Below are positions 19,321 to 29,158 of a stretch of 64,000 nt of DNA, in pieces. Origin of the DNA: Pseudomonas aeruginosa PAO1 (GTDB taxonomy: Bacteria; Pseudomonadota; Gammaproteobacteria; Pseudomonadales; Pseudomonadaceae); assembly GCF_000006765.1 (NCBI RefSeq), contig NC_002516.2. One strand, given 5' to 3'. Numbering within the stretch: the stretch's first letter is position 1; the number at the start of each line of letters is the position of its first letter. Both the position numbers and the translations under genes were made by a program. Under the pieces are notes generated by a model that was given only the letters and a program-made list of their open reading frames with translations, did not search any database and had not been told where the DNA came from.

Positions 19321-19339
19321 CCCTCTCCGCGGGAGAGGG
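19321..19339. repeat. REP-like palindrome
   Basis: CCCTCTCC-GCG-GGAGAGGG between glyA1 and soxB. Confidence 0.7.
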
Positions 19340-19362
19340 AGCAACAGTTCAGGAGCATCCAC

Positions 19363-20613
19363 ATGCAACGCTACTCCGGCTTCGGCCTGTTAAAGCATTC
19401 ACTGAGCCATCACGAGAACTGGCAACGCATGTGGCGCACGCCCACGCCGAAGCCGGTCTACGACGTGGTCATCGTCGGTGGCGGCGGGCACGGCCTGGCC
19501 ACCGCCTACTACCTGGCCAAGGAACACGGCATCAGCAACGTGGCGGTAGTCGAGAAAGGTTGGCTGGGCGGCGGCAACACCGCGCGCAACACCACCATCG
19601 TGCGCTCCAACTACCTGTGGGACGAGTCCGCGCTGCTCTACGAACACGCGATGAAGCTGTGGGAGGGCCTGTCCCAGGACCTCAACTACAACGTGATGTT
19701 CTCCCAGCGCGGGGTCTACAACCTCTGCCACACCCTCCAGGACATGCGCGACGGCGAGCGCCGGGTCAGCGCCAACCGCCTCAACGGCGTCGACGGCGAA
19801 TTGTTGAACGCGCAGCAGGTGGCGGAGGAGATTCCCTACCTGGACTGCAGCAAGAGCACCCGCTACCCGATCATGGGCGCGACCATCCAGCGTCGCGGCG
19901 GCGTCGCCCGCCATGACGCGGTGGCCTGGGGCTTCGCCCGCGCCGCCGATGCCCTCGGCGTGGACCTGATCCAGCAGACCGAAGTCACCGGCTTCCGCAA
20001 GCAGGACGGCGCGGTGATCGGCGTCGAGACCAACCGCGGCTTCATCGGCGCGCGCCGTGTCGGAGTGGTCACCGCCGGCAACTCCGGGCACATGGCCAGG
20101 CTCGCCGGCTTCCGCCTGCCGCTGGAGTCGCACCCGTTGCAGGCGCTGGTCTCCGAGCCACTGAAGCCGATCATCGACAGCGTGATCATGTCCAACGCCG
20201 TGCATGGCTACATCAGCCAGTCGGACAAGGGCGACCTGGTCATCGGCGCCGGCATCGACGGCTACAACGGCTACGGCCAGCGCGGCTCTTACCCGGTGAT
20301 CGAGCACACCCTGCAAGCCATCGTCGAGATGTTCCCGGTGCTCTCGCGGGTACGCATGAACCGCCAGTGGGGCGGCATCGTCGACACCACCCCGGACGCC
20401 TGCCCGATCATCGGCAAGACTCCGGTGCAGAACCTGTTCTTCAACTGCGGCTGGGGCACCGGCGGCTTCAAGGCCACTCCCGGCTCCGGAAACGTCTTCG
20501 CCGCCACCCTGGCCAAGGGCGAACCGCATCCGCTGGCCGCGCCCTTCTCCATCGAACGTTTCCACAGCGGTGCGCTGATCGACGAGCACGGCGCGGCGGC
20601 AGTGGCGCACTGA
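19363..20613 (+). CDS. soxB: Sarcosine oxidase beta subunit
   Basis: [41 protein letters not shown]; start ATG 19363 after AGGAG. Confidence 0.97.
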   Translation: MQRYSGFGLLKHSLSHHENWQRMWRTPTPKPVYDVVIVGGGGHGLATAYYLAKEHGISNVAVVEKGWLGGGNTARNTTIVRSNYLWDESALLYEHAMKLWEGLSQDLNYNVMFSQRGVYNLCHTLQDMRDGERRVSANRLNGVDGELLNAQQVAEEIPYLDCSKSTRYPIMGATIQRRGGVARHDAVAWGFARAADALGVDLIQQTEVTGFRKQDGAVIGVETNRGFIGARRVGVVTAGNSGHMARLAGFRLPLESHPLQALVSEPLKPIIDSVIMSNAVHGYISQSDKGDLVIGAGIDGYNGYGQRGSYPVIEHTLQAIVEMFPVLSRVRMNRQWGGIVDTTPDACPIIGKTPVQNLFFNCGWGTGGFKATPGSGNVFAATLAKGEPHPLAAPFSIERFHSGALIDEHGAAAVAH

Positions 20614-20644
20614 CAAAAGCCGCCCGAAGGGCGAAATCCGCTGC

Positions 20645-20666
20645 CCCTCGCCCTTCAGGGAGAGGG
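20645..20666. repeat. REP-like palindrome
   Basis: CCCTCGCCCT-TC-AGGGAGAGGG between soxB and soxD. Confidence 0.6.
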
Positions 20667-20706
20667 TGCCGGTCAACCGGCAAGAACAGTTTCCGGAGGC
20701 TACAAA

Positions 20707-21027
20707 ATGCTGAATATCTTCTGCCCCCACTGCGGCGAACTGCGTTCCGAAGAGGAATTCCACGCCAAGGGTCAGGCCCACATCCCGCGCCCGCTCGACC
20801 CGAACGCCTGCAGCGACGAGGAATGGGGCGACTACATGTTCTTCCGCGACAACCCACGCGGCCTCCATCACGAGCTGTGGGTGCACGCCGCCGGCTGCCG
20901 CAAGTACTTCAACGTCACCCGCCATACGGTGACCTACGAGATCCTCGAGACCTACCTGATCGGCGAGCAGCCCAGCGTCGTCGCCGACGGTGAGAAGAAA
21001 CCCGCCGTACAAGGGGAACCGGCATGA
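20707..21027 (+). CDS. soxD: Sarcosine oxidase delta subunit
   Basis: CPHCG..R.EEEF, W.H..GC Zn-binding motif. Confidence 0.95.
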   Translation: MLNIFCPHCGELRSEEEFHAKGQAHIPRPLDPNACSDEEWGDYMFFRDNPRGLHHELWVHAAGCRKYFNVTRHTVTYEILETYLIGEQPSVVADGEKKPAVQGEPA

Positions 21028-24000
21028 GCCAGATCAATCGCCTGTCCAGCGGCGGCCGCATCGACCGCAACCGCCCGCTGACCTTCAGCTTCAACGGCCA
21101 GCACTACCAGGGCTATGCCGGCGACACCCTGGCCGCCGCGCTGCTGGCCAACGGCGTCGACATCGTCGGCCGCAGCTTCAAGTACTCGCGGGCGCGCGGC
21201 ATCGTCGCCGCCGGCGCCGAGGAGCCCAACGCGATCCTGCAGATCGGCTCCCGCGAAGCCACCCAGATCCCCAACGTACGCGCCACCCAGCAGGCCCTCT
21301 ACGGCGGCCTGGTGGCCACCAGTACCAACGGCTGGCCGAACGTGCAGAACGACCTGATGGGAATCTTCGGCAAGGTCGGCGGCAAGCTGATGCCGCCCGG
21401 TTTCTACTACAAGACCTTCATGTACCCGCAGTCGATGTGGATGACCTACGAGAAGTACATCCGCAAGGCCGCCGGCCTGGGCCGCGCGCCGACCGAGGTC
21501 GATCCGGACAGCTACGACTGGATGAACCACCACTGCGACGTGCTGGTGGTCGGCGCCGGCCCGGCCGGCCTGGCCGCCGCCCTCGCCGCCGCCCGCAGCG
21601 GCGCGCGGGTGATCCTCGCCGACGAGCAGGAAGAGTTCGGCGGCAGCCTGCTGGACACCCGCGAGACCCTCGACGGCAAGCCCGCCGCCGAGTGGGTCGC
21701 GGACGCCGTGGCCGAGCTGCAAGGCCTGCCGGAAGTCATCCTGCTACCGCGCTCCACGGTCAACGGCTACCACGACCACAACTTCCTCACCATCCACGAG
21801 CGGCGCACCGACCACCTCGGCGAGGTCGCCCCGCTCGGCCAGGTCCGCCAGCGTGTGCACCGCGTGCGCGCCAAGCGCGTGGTACTGGCCGCCGGCGCCC
21901 ATGAGCGGCCGCTGGTCTACGGCAACAACGACCTGCCCGGCAACATGCTCGCCGGCGCGGTTTCCACCTATGTACGGCGCTACGGCGTGGCACCGGGCAA
22001 GAAACTGGTGCTGGCCACCAACAACGACTACGCCTACCGCGTCGCCCTCGACTGGCAGGAAGCCGGCCTGCAAGTGGTGGCCATCGCCGACGCCCGGGCC
22101 AATCCGCGCGGCGAGTGGGTCGAGGAAGCACGCCAACGCGGTATGCGGGTGATCACTGGCAGTTCGGTGATCGAGGCTCGCGGCGGCAAGCGGGTCAGCG
22201 GCGCCAAGGTCGCCCGGATCGACCTGCAGGCCATGCGCGCCAGCGGCGGCGAATGGCTGGACTGCGACCTGATCGCCAGCTCCGGCGGCTACAGCCCGGT
22301 CGTGCACCTGGCCTCGCACCTGGGCGGCAAGCCGGAATGGCGCGAGGAAATCCTCGCCTTCGTCCCCGGCGAAGGCCTGCAGAAGCGCATCTGCGCCGGC
22401 GCCGTGAACGGCGTGTTCGGGCTCGCCGAGGTGCTCGCCGACGGCTACCAGGCCGGGAGTCGCGCCGCCCTCGACGCCGGCTACAAGACCGCCGCCGGCA
22501 GCCTGCCGAAGGTCCAGCCGCGCCGCGAGGAAGCGTCAGTCGCGCTGTTCCAGGTGCCCCACGAGAAGCCCACGGCGCGCGCGCCGAAGCAGTTCGTCGA
22601 TCCGCAGAACGACGTCACCGCCGCCGCCATCGAACTGGCCTGCCGCGAGGGCTTCGAGTCCATCGAGCACGTCAAGCGCTACACCGCGCTGGGCTTCGGC
22701 ACCGACCAGGGCAAGCTGGGCAACATCAACGGCCTGGCGATCGCCGCGCGGGCCCAGGGCAAGAGCATCGCCGACACCGGGACCACCATGTTCCGTCCGA
22801 ACTACACCCCGGTGACCTTCGGCGCCGTCGCCGGCCGCCACTGCGGGCACCTGTTCGAACCGGTGCGCTTCACCGCCCTGCACGCCTGGCACGTGAAGAA
22901 CGGCGCCGAGTTCGAAGACGTCGGCCAGTGGAAGCGGCCGTGGTACTTCCCGCGCCGGGGCGAGGACATGCACGCCGCCGTGGCCCGCGAATGCCGCGCA
23001 GTGCGCGAGGCGGTCGGCCTGCTCGACGCCTCGACCCTGGGCAAGATCGACATCCAGGGCCCGGACGCGCGGGAGTTCCTCAACCGGGTCTACACCAACG
23101 CCTGGACCAAGCTCGACGTCGGCAAGGCGCGCTACGGCCTGATGTGCAAGGAAGACGGGATGGTCTTCGACGACGGCGTGACCGCCTGCCTGGCCGACAA
23201 CCACTTCGTCATGACCACCACCACCGGCGGCGCCGCCCGCGTACTGGAGTGGCTGGAGCTGTACCACCAGACCGAATGGCCGGAGCTGAAGGTGTACTTC
23301 ACCTCGGTCACCGACCACTACGCGACCCTCACCCTGTCCGGCCCGAACAGCCGCAAGCTGCTCGCCGAAGTCACCGACATCGACCTGGACAAGGATGCCT
23401 TCCCCTTCATGACCTGGAAGGAAGGCAAGGTCGCCGGGGTGCCGGCGCGGGTGTTCCGCATCTCCTTCACCGGCGAGCTGAGCTACGAGGTGAACGTCCA
23501 GGCCGACTACGCCATGGGCGTGCTCGAAGCGCTCGCCGAGCACGGCGCGAAGTACGGCCTGACGCCCTACGGCACCGAGACGATGCACGTCCTGCGCGCC
23601 GAGAAGGGCTTCATCATCGTCGGCCAGGACACCGATGCCTCGGTCACCCCGGACGATCTCAACATGGGCTGGGCGGTGGGCCGCAGCAAGCCGTTCTCCT
23701 GGATCGGCTGGCGCGGCATGAACCGCGCCGACTGCCTGCGCGAGGATCGCAAGCAACTGGTCGGACTCAGGCCGAGCAACCCGCAGGAGGTACTGCCCGA
23801 AGGCGCGCAACTGGTGTTCGACACCCAGCAGGCGATCCCGATGAAGATGGTCGGCCACGTCACCTCCAGCTACATGAGCGCCAGCCTCGGCCACGGCTTC
23901 GCCCTGGCGGTGGTGAAAGGCGGCCTCAAGCGCATGGGCCAGAAGGTCTACGCGCCGCTGGCGGACGGCCGCTTCATCGAGGCGGAGATCTGCTCCTCGG

Positions 24001-24041
24001 TGTTCTACGACCCCAAAGGGGAGCGGCAGAACGTGGATTGA
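21024..24041 (+). CDS. soxA: Sarcosine oxidase alpha subunit
   Basis: GDTLAAALLANG, VVGAGPAG, KRYTALGFGTDQGK, GcvT-like C-terminal domain (ISFTGELSYE). Confidence 0.97.
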   Translation: MSQINRLSSGGRIDRNRPLTFSFNGQHYQGYAGDTLAAALLANGVDIVGRSFKYSRARGIVAAGAEEPNAILQIGSREATQIPNVRATQQALYGGLVATSTNGWPNVQNDLMGIFGKVGGKLMPPGFYYKTFMYPQSMWMTYEKYIRKAAGLGRAPTEVDPDSYDWMNHHCDVLVVGAGPAGLAAALAAARSGARVILADEQEEFGGSLLDTRETLDGKPAAEWVADAVAELQGLPEVILLPRSTVNGYHDHNFLTIHERRTDHLGEVAPLGQVRQRVHRVRAKRVVLAAGAHERPLVYGNNDLPGNMLAGAVSTYVRRYGVAPGKKLVLATNNDYAYRVALDWQEAGLQVVAIADARANPRGEWVEEARQRGMRVITGSSVIEARGGKRVSGAKVARIDLQAMRASGGEWLDCDLIASSGGYSPVVHLASHLGGKPEWREEILAFVPGEGLQKRICAGAVNGVFGLAEVLADGYQAGSRAALDAGYKTAAGSLPKVQPRREEASVALFQVPHEKPTARAPKQFVDPQNDVTAAAIELACREGFESIEHVKRYTALGFGTDQGKLGNINGLAIAARAQGKSIADTGTTMFRPNYTPVTFGAVAGRHCGHLFEPVRFTALHAWHVKNGAEFEDVGQWKRPWYFPRRGEDMHAAVARECRAVREAVGLLDASTLGKIDIQGPDAREFLNRVYTNAWTKLDVGKARYGLMCKEDGMVFDDGVTACLADNHFVMTTTTGGAARVLEWLELYHQTEWPELKVYFTSVTDHYATLTLSGPNSRKLLAEVTDIDLDKDAFPFMTWKEGKVAGVPARVFRISFTGELSYEVNVQADYAMGVLEALAEHGAKYGLTPYGTETMHVLRAEKGFIIVGQDTDASVTPDDLNMGWAVGRSKPFSWIGWRGMNRADCLREDRKQLVGLRPSNPQEVLPEGAQLVFDTQQAIPMKMVGHVTSSYMSASLGHGFALAVVKGGLKRMGQKVYAPLADGRFIEAEICSSVFYDPKGERQNVD

Positions 24042-24069
24042 CCGGAGAGGGATGCGCTCCTCTCCCCGG

Positions 24070-24091
24070 CCCTCTTCCCGAAGGGAGAAGG
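24070..24091. repeat. REP-like palindrome
   Basis: CCCTCTTCCC-GAA-GGGAGAAGG between soxA and soxG. Confidence 0.55.
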
Positions 24092-24134
24092 CAGACAGGC
24101 TACCAGGGCGCTCGGCGCCCCAAGGTGAAAACGA

Positions 24135-24770
24135 ATGAGCAAGGCAAACGTCTACCAGCAACGCCCCGAACCCGGCGTCCACGCCGAATCGCCGCTGCAC
24201 CATGCCGAGCTGCACAAGCTCGCCGGCAAGACCGCCGCGAAGGCCGGTATCGTCCTGCGCGAGAAGAAGCTGCTCGGCCACCTGGTGCTGCGCGGCGATG
24301 CCGCCGACCCGGCCTTCGCCGCCGCCGTGCACCAGGCCCTCGGCCTGGAACTGCCGGTGGCCCTGACCCTGGTCGCCAGCGGCGAGACCTCGCTGCAATG
24401 GCTGGCCCCGGACGAATGGTTGCTGATCGTCCCCGGCGGCGAGGAATACGCCGTCGAACAGCGCCTGCGCCAGGCCCTGGGCGAGGAGCTGCACTACGCG
24501 GTGGTCAACGTCAGCGGCGGGCAGACGCTGCTCGAACTGAGCGGAGCGAACGTCCGCGAACTGCTGATGAAATCCACCAGCTACGACGTGCATCCGAGCA
24601 ACTTCCCGGTGGGCAAGGCGGTCGGCAGCATCTTCGCCAAGTCGCAATGCGTGATCCGCCATACCGGCGAGGACACCTGGGAGCTGGTCGTGCGCCGCAG
24701 CTTCGCCGACTACTTCTGGCTCTGGTTGCAGGACGCCAGCGCCGAATACGGCCTGCAGGTAGCGGCATGA
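24135..24770 (+). CDS. soxG: Sarcosine oxidase gamma subunit
   Basis: WLAPDEWL, VSGG..LELSG, VRRSFADY.W.WL. Confidence 0.93.
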   Translation: MSKANVYQQRPEPGVHAESPLHHAELHKLAGKTAAKAGIVLREKKLLGHLVLRGDAADPAFAAAVHQALGLELPVALTLVASGETSLQWLAPDEWLLIVPGGEEYAVEQRLRQALGEELHYAVVNVSGGQTLLELSGANVRELLMKSTSYDVHPSNFPVGKAVGSIFAKSQCVIRHTGEDTWELVVRRSFADYFWLWLQDASAEYGLQVAA

Positions 24771-24778
24771 GCAGCCTT

Positions 24779-24797
24779 CCCCTCTCCCCGAGAGGGG
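24779..24797. repeat. REP-like palindrome
   Basis: CCCCTCTC-CCC-GAGAGGGG between soxG and purU2. Confidence 0.65.
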
Positions 24798-24819
24798 ATA
24801 CCGGACCCGGAGCCTCGCG

Positions 24820-25677
24820 ATGAGCCGTACCCCCGACACCTGGATCCTCACCGCCGACAGTCCCAGCCTGCTGGGCACCGTCGACGTGGTGACGCGCTAC
24901 CTCTTCGAGCAGCGCTGCTACGTCACCGAGCACCACTCGTTCGACGACCGCCTGGCGCAACGCTTCTTCATCCGCGTGGAGTTCCGCGCCGGCGACGGCT
25001 TCGACGAAGCCTCCTTCCGCGCCGGACTGGCCGAACGGGTGGCACCGTTCGGCATGCGTACCGAGCTGACCGCGCCGGGCTACCGCAGCCAGGTGGCGAT
25101 CATGGTTTCCAAGGCCGACCACTGCCTGAACGACCTGCTCTACCGCCAGCGCATCGGCCAGTTGCCGATGGACGTGGTGGCGGTGATTTCCAATCACCCG
25201 GACCTGGAGCCGCTGGCGCGCTGGCACGGCATTCCCTACCACCACTTCCCGCTCGACCCGAACGACAAGCCGGCCCAGGAAGCCAGGGTCTGGCAGGTGC
25301 TCGAAGAGAGTGGCGCCGAGCTGGTGATCCTCGCTCGCTACATGCAGGTGCTGTCGCCGGAACTGTGCCGGCGCCTGGACGGCTGGGCGATCAACATCCA
25401 TCACTCCCTGCTGCCCGGCTTCAAGGGCGCCAAGCCGTACCACCAGGCCTACCAGAAGGGCGTGAAGCTGGTCGGCGCCACCGCCCACTACATCAACAAC
25501 GACCTCGACGAAGGGCCGATCATCGCCCAGGGCGTCGAGACGGTCGACCACGCCCACTACCCCGAGGACCTGATCGCCAAGGGCCGCGACATCGAGTGCC
25601 TGACCCTGGCGCGGGCGGTGGGCTACCACATCGAGCGGAGGGTATTCCTCAACGCCAATCGGACCGTGGTGCTGTAA
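24820..25677 (+). CDS. purU2: Formyltetrahydrofolate deformylase
   Basis: ACT domain; INIHHSLLPGFKGAKPYHQA, GATAHY..DLDEGPII. Confidence 0.95.
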   Translation: MSRTPDTWILTADSPSLLGTVDVVTRYLFEQRCYVTEHHSFDDRLAQRFFIRVEFRAGDGFDEASFRAGLAERVAPFGMRTELTAPGYRSQVAIMVSKADHCLNDLLYRQRIGQLPMDVVAVISNHPDLEPLARWHGIPYHHFPLDPNDKPAQEARVWQVLEESGAELVILARYMQVLSPELCRRLDGWAINIHHSLLPGFKGAKPYHQAYQKGVKLVGATAHYINNDLDEGPIIAQGVETVDHAHYPEDLIAKGRDIECLTLARAVGYHIERRVFLNANRTVVL

Positions 25678-25682
25678 GCGCG

Positions 25683-25729
25683 CCCTCTCTTCCCAACCCT
25701 CGCTGAAGGAAGAGGGCCAGGGAGAGGGG
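25683..25729. repeat. REP-like palindrome
   Basis: CCCTCTC...GAGAGGG outer stem with an inner CCCTC/GAGGG stem after purU2. Confidence 0.55.
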
Positions 25730-25883
25730 CGCTTCCCACGGCCTCGCGACCCGAGCAACACCGACAGCCCGCCGGCTGCCAGCATTCTCCGGCCCTGTCG
25801 CGCAACAGACGACTTTCCAGTGCAAAGCCGCGCGGCCGTGGACGCCGCGCATTTGTACCCACAACGACAAAGAGGAAACGCGT

Positions 25884-27083
25884 ATGTCTGGCAATCGTGG
25901 TGTGGTCTATCTCGGCCCGGGCAAGGTCGAGGTGCAGAACATTCCCTATCCGAAGATGCAGGACCCGCAGGGCCGGCAGATCGACCACGGGGTGATCCTG
26001 CGGGTGGTCTCCACCAACATCTGCGGCTCCGACCAGCACATGGTGCGCGGCCGCACCACCGCGCCGGAAGGCCTGGTGCTGGGCCACGAGATCACCGGCG
26101 AGGTGGTGGAGATCGGGCGTGGCGTGGAAACCATGAAGATCGGCGACCTGGTCTCGGTACCGTTCAACGTCGCCTGCGGCCACTGCCGTACCTGCAAGGA
26201 ACAGCACACCGGCGTCTGCCTGACGGTCAATCCGGCGCGTGCCGGCGGCGCCTACGGCTACGTCGACATGGGTGGCTGGGTCGGCGGCCAGGCCGAATAC
26301 GTGCTGGTGCCCTACGCCGACTTCAACCTGCTGAAACTGCCCAACCGCGAAGCGGCGATGGAGAAGATCCGCGACCTGACCTGCCTTTCGGACATCCTCC
26401 CCACCGGCTACCACGGCGCGGTCACCGCCGGCGTCGGCCCGGGCAGCACGGTCTACATCGCCGGCGCCGGTCCGGTCGGCCTGGCCGCGGCGGCCTCGGC
26501 ACGCCTGCTCGGCGCGGCGGTGGTGATCGTCGGCGACGTCAACCCGACCCGCCTGGCCCACGCCAAGAAACAGGGCTTCGAGATCGCCGACCTGTCCAAG
26601 GACACCCCGCTGCACGAACAGATCGCCGCTCTGCTGGGCGAGCCGGAGGTCGACTGCGCGGTCGATGCGGTCGGTTTCGAGGCGCGCGGCCACGGCCATT
26701 CGGGCTCGCAGCAGGAAGCCCCGGCCACCGTGCTCAACTCGCTGATGGGCATCACCCGGGTCGCCGGCAAGATCGGCATTCCCGGCCTGTACGTCACCGA
26801 AGACCCGGGCGCAGTGGACGCGGCCGCCAAGCACGGCGCCCTGAGCATCCGCTTCGGCCTGGGCTGGGCCAAGTCGCACAGCTTCCATACCGGCCAGACC
26901 CCGGTGATGAAGTACAACCGCCAGCTGATGCAGGCGATCATGTGGGACCGGATCAAGATCGCCGACATCGTCGGGGTGGAAGTCATCACCCTCGACGATG
27001 CGCCGAAAGGCTATGGCGAGTTCGACGCCGGGGTGCCGAAGAAATTCGTCATCGACCCACACAACCTGTTCCGCGCGGCCTGA
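25884..27083 (+). CDS. fdhA: Glutathione-independent formaldehyde dehydrogenase
   Basis: ICGSDQH, GHEITG, structural Zn site CGHCRTC..C, LSDILPTGYHG; 399 aa. Confidence 0.96.
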   Translation: MSGNRGVVYLGPGKVEVQNIPYPKMQDPQGRQIDHGVILRVVSTNICGSDQHMVRGRTTAPEGLVLGHEITGEVVEIGRGVETMKIGDLVSVPFNVACGHCRTCKEQHTGVCLTVNPARAGGAYGYVDMGGWVGGQAEYVLVPYADFNLLKLPNREAAMEKIRDLTCLSDILPTGYHGAVTAGVGPGSTVYIAGAGPVGLAAAASARLLGAAVVIVGDVNPTRLAHAKKQGFEIADLSKDTPLHEQIAALLGEPEVDCAVDAVGFEARGHGHSGSQQEAPATVLNSLMGITRVAGKIGIPGLYVTEDPGAVDAAAKHGALSIRFGLGWAKSHSFHTGQTPVMKYNRQLMQAIMWDRIKIADIVGVEVITLDDAPKGYGEFDAGVPKKFVIDPHNLFRAA

Positions 27084-27099
27084 ACCTCCGGCAACAACC

Positions 27100-27121
27100 G
27101 ACGCGGCCCACGGGCCGCGTC
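27100..27121 (+). terminator. Hairpin/terminator after fdhA
   Basis: GACGCGGCCC-AC-GGGCCGCGTC, perfect 10-bp stem. Confidence 0.55.
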
Positions 27122-27205
27122 GTCGTTGGCGCTATCCGGGGGAACTGCCGGCGATAAAATGGATCGGTGATACTGCTGCCATCCATTCGCCTCCCGGAGA
27201 CCGCC

Positions 27206-28123
27206 ATGAACACCGATAGCCCGATCAACCGCGTCGAACAGGTACAGGTCGACGACCTGGCCTGCTGGCGCATCCACACCGCCCATGGCGAGGCGCTGAT
27301 CGCCCAGCAGGGCGCGCAACTGCTCAGCTACCAGCCCCACGAACAGCCGCCGCTGGTCTGGCTCAGCGACGAGGCCGGCTACCGGCGCGGGCAGTCGGTA
27401 CGCGGCGGGGTGCCGGTGTGCTGGCCGTGGTTCGGTCCGCTGGAGCGCAACCCGCAGGAAGTCCGCGGCCAGGTGGAAGATGGCCTGAAGGCGCCCGCCC
27501 ACGGGCTGGTCCGGGCAGTCGACTGGAAAATCGACGACATCGCCGAGGAGGACGGCGACCTCTGCGTCAGCTTCCGCCTCGACGCCCCCGATGGCCTCCC
27601 CGGCTGGCCGCACCCGGCGGCGCTGCGCATGCTGTTCCGCTTCGGCGAGCGCCTGACCCTGCGACTCACCAGCGAGAACCTCGGCAGCAAGCCGCTGGTG
27701 CTCAGCCAGGCACTGCACACCTACTTCGCGGTCAGCGACAGCCGCGAGATCGCCATCGAGGGCCTGGAAGGCGCGCGCTACATCGAGACCCTGGAGAACT
27801 GGGAAGAACGCACTCAGCACGGCGCGGTACGGGTCAAGGGCGAACTGGATCGCATCTACCTCGGTCTCGAACGCGACCTGCTGATCAAGGACCCGCGCTG
27901 GGAACGCAGCATCCACCTGCACGCCCTCGACTCGCGCTCGGCGGTGGTCTGGAACCCCTGGGTGGACAAGTCCCGGCGTCTCTCGCAGTTCGCCGACGAC
28001 GCCTGGCAGCAGATGCTCTGCATCGAGACCGGGCGGGTCTGGGACGACCTCATGGTGGTCGCCCCCGGGCGCAGCGAAAGCTTTGGCGTGCAGATCTGGA
28101 GCGAGCCGCTGAAACGACCCTGA
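27206..28123 (+). CDS. D-hexose-6-phosphate mutarotase (aldose 1-epimerase family)
   Basis: GAQLLSY, RGGVPVCWPWFG, HG.VR, ALHTYF, LCIETG; start set after SD GGAG. Confidence 0.9.
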   Translation: MNTDSPINRVEQVQVDDLACWRIHTAHGEALIAQQGAQLLSYQPHEQPPLVWLSDEAGYRRGQSVRGGVPVCWPWFGPLERNPQEVRGQVEDGLKAPAHGLVRAVDWKIDDIAEEDGDLCVSFRLDAPDGLPGWPHPAALRMLFRFGERLTLRLTSENLGSKPLVLSQALHTYFAVSDSREIAIEGLEGARYIETLENWEERTQHGAVRVKGELDRIYLGLERDLLIKDPRWERSIHLHALDSRSAVVWNPWVDKSRRLSQFADDAWQQMLCIETGRVWDDLMVVAPGRSESFGVQIWSEPLKRP

Positions 28124-28188
28124 GCGGGTCGGCGAGCGGACGGCGCGGCTCGCATCGTCCGCCATGGACCGTTGCGCAGGTGCCGGCC

Positions 28189-28737
28189 CTACAGGTCCGC
28201 TTCCTCCACCACCTTCACCCGCGCCTTGTCGATGGCGTAGGCGGCATCGGCCAGGTCATTGCTCACCTGCTCGATCTTCAGCGTGCCGCTGACCCACAGC
28301 GGGGTGTAGATATCGGTCAGCTTCAGCCCCTGTGGATAACGCACCAGGACGATCTGGTTCGGCGGCGGCGGCGGCACGTGGATGCAGGCGCCCGGATAGG
28401 GCACCAGGAAGAATTCGGTGACGCGGCCCTTGGCGTCGTTCTCCAGCGGCACCGGGTAGCCGCCGAGGCGGATCGCCTTGCCATCCAGGCTGGCGACGGT
28501 CTTGGCCGAATACATCACCGCCGGCATCTTCCGGTCCGACTGCTTCAGGCCCCCCTTGCTGGTGAAGGTGCCGGCGGCCTCCGGGGTGTCGTGGACGATG
28601 TCGGGCATTTCTTCCAGCGCCTTGCGGTCGGCCGGCGGCATCAGTTCCAGCCAGTCGGTCTCGGGCAGTTCGGCGTGGACCAGGGGTGAGGACAACAGGG
28701 CGAGCAGCAACAGGCGGGCGAACGGGAAGCGGCGCAT
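28189..28737 (-). CDS. DUF3299-family exported protein
   Basis: Signal peptide; W.ELMP, G+PVPLE, EFFLVPYPGACIHVPPPPPNQIV. Confidence 0.85.
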   Translation of the reverse strand: MRRFPFARLLLLALLSSPLVHAELPETDWLELMPPADRKALEEMPDIVHDTPEAAGTFTSKGGLKQSDRKMPAVMYSAKTVASLDGKAIRLGGYPVPLENDAKGRVTEFFLVPYPGACIHVPPPPPNQIVLVRYPQGLKLTDIYTPLWVSGTLKIEQVSNDLADAAYAIDKARVKVVEEADL

Positions 28738-28768
28738 GATGGCGGGAATACCGGCGAAGTGAGGAAAC

Positions 28769-28790
28769 GCCGGCCCCCGCGGGGGCCGGC
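28769..28790 (-). terminator. Terminator hairpin after the GlsB/YeaQ/YmgE gene
   Basis: GCCGGCCCCC-GC-GGGGGCCGGC, followed by GTTT on the minus strand. Confidence 0.5.
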
Positions 28791-28798
28791 CAGAGCCA

Positions 28799-29044
28799 TC
28801 AATTCTTCTTGATCAGGCCGTAAATGACCAGCAGTACGACGGCGCCGACCACCGCGCCGATGAAACCGGCCGCCTGGCCAGCCTGGTAGAAGCCGATCGC
28901 CTGGCCGCCGTAGGTGGCCAGCAGCGAACCGCCGATGCCGAGCAGGATGGTCATGATCCAGCCCATGCTGTCGTCACCTGGCTTCAGAAAGCGTGCAACG
29001 AGACCAACGATCAGTCCGACGATGATGGTTCCGATTAATCCCAT
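28799..29044 (-). CDS. GlsB/YeaQ/YmgE-family stress response membrane protein
   Basis: IIVGLIVGLVARFLKPG..MGWIMTILLGIGGS pattern. Confidence 0.9.
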   Translation of the reverse strand: MGLIGTIIVGLIVGLVARFLKPGDDSMGWIMTILLGIGGSLLATYGGQAIGFYQAGQAAGFIGAVVGAVVLLVIYGLIKKN

Positions 29045-29158
29045 GACAGTCCCTCCTTACGGGTGTATGCGCATGTATTGCGCCTGCCATGGGACAGTGT
29101 AGAAAAGCCTTGGGTTCAGTGCCGCCCGCCAACCCAAGGATGGGCGGGCGGCAATCGC

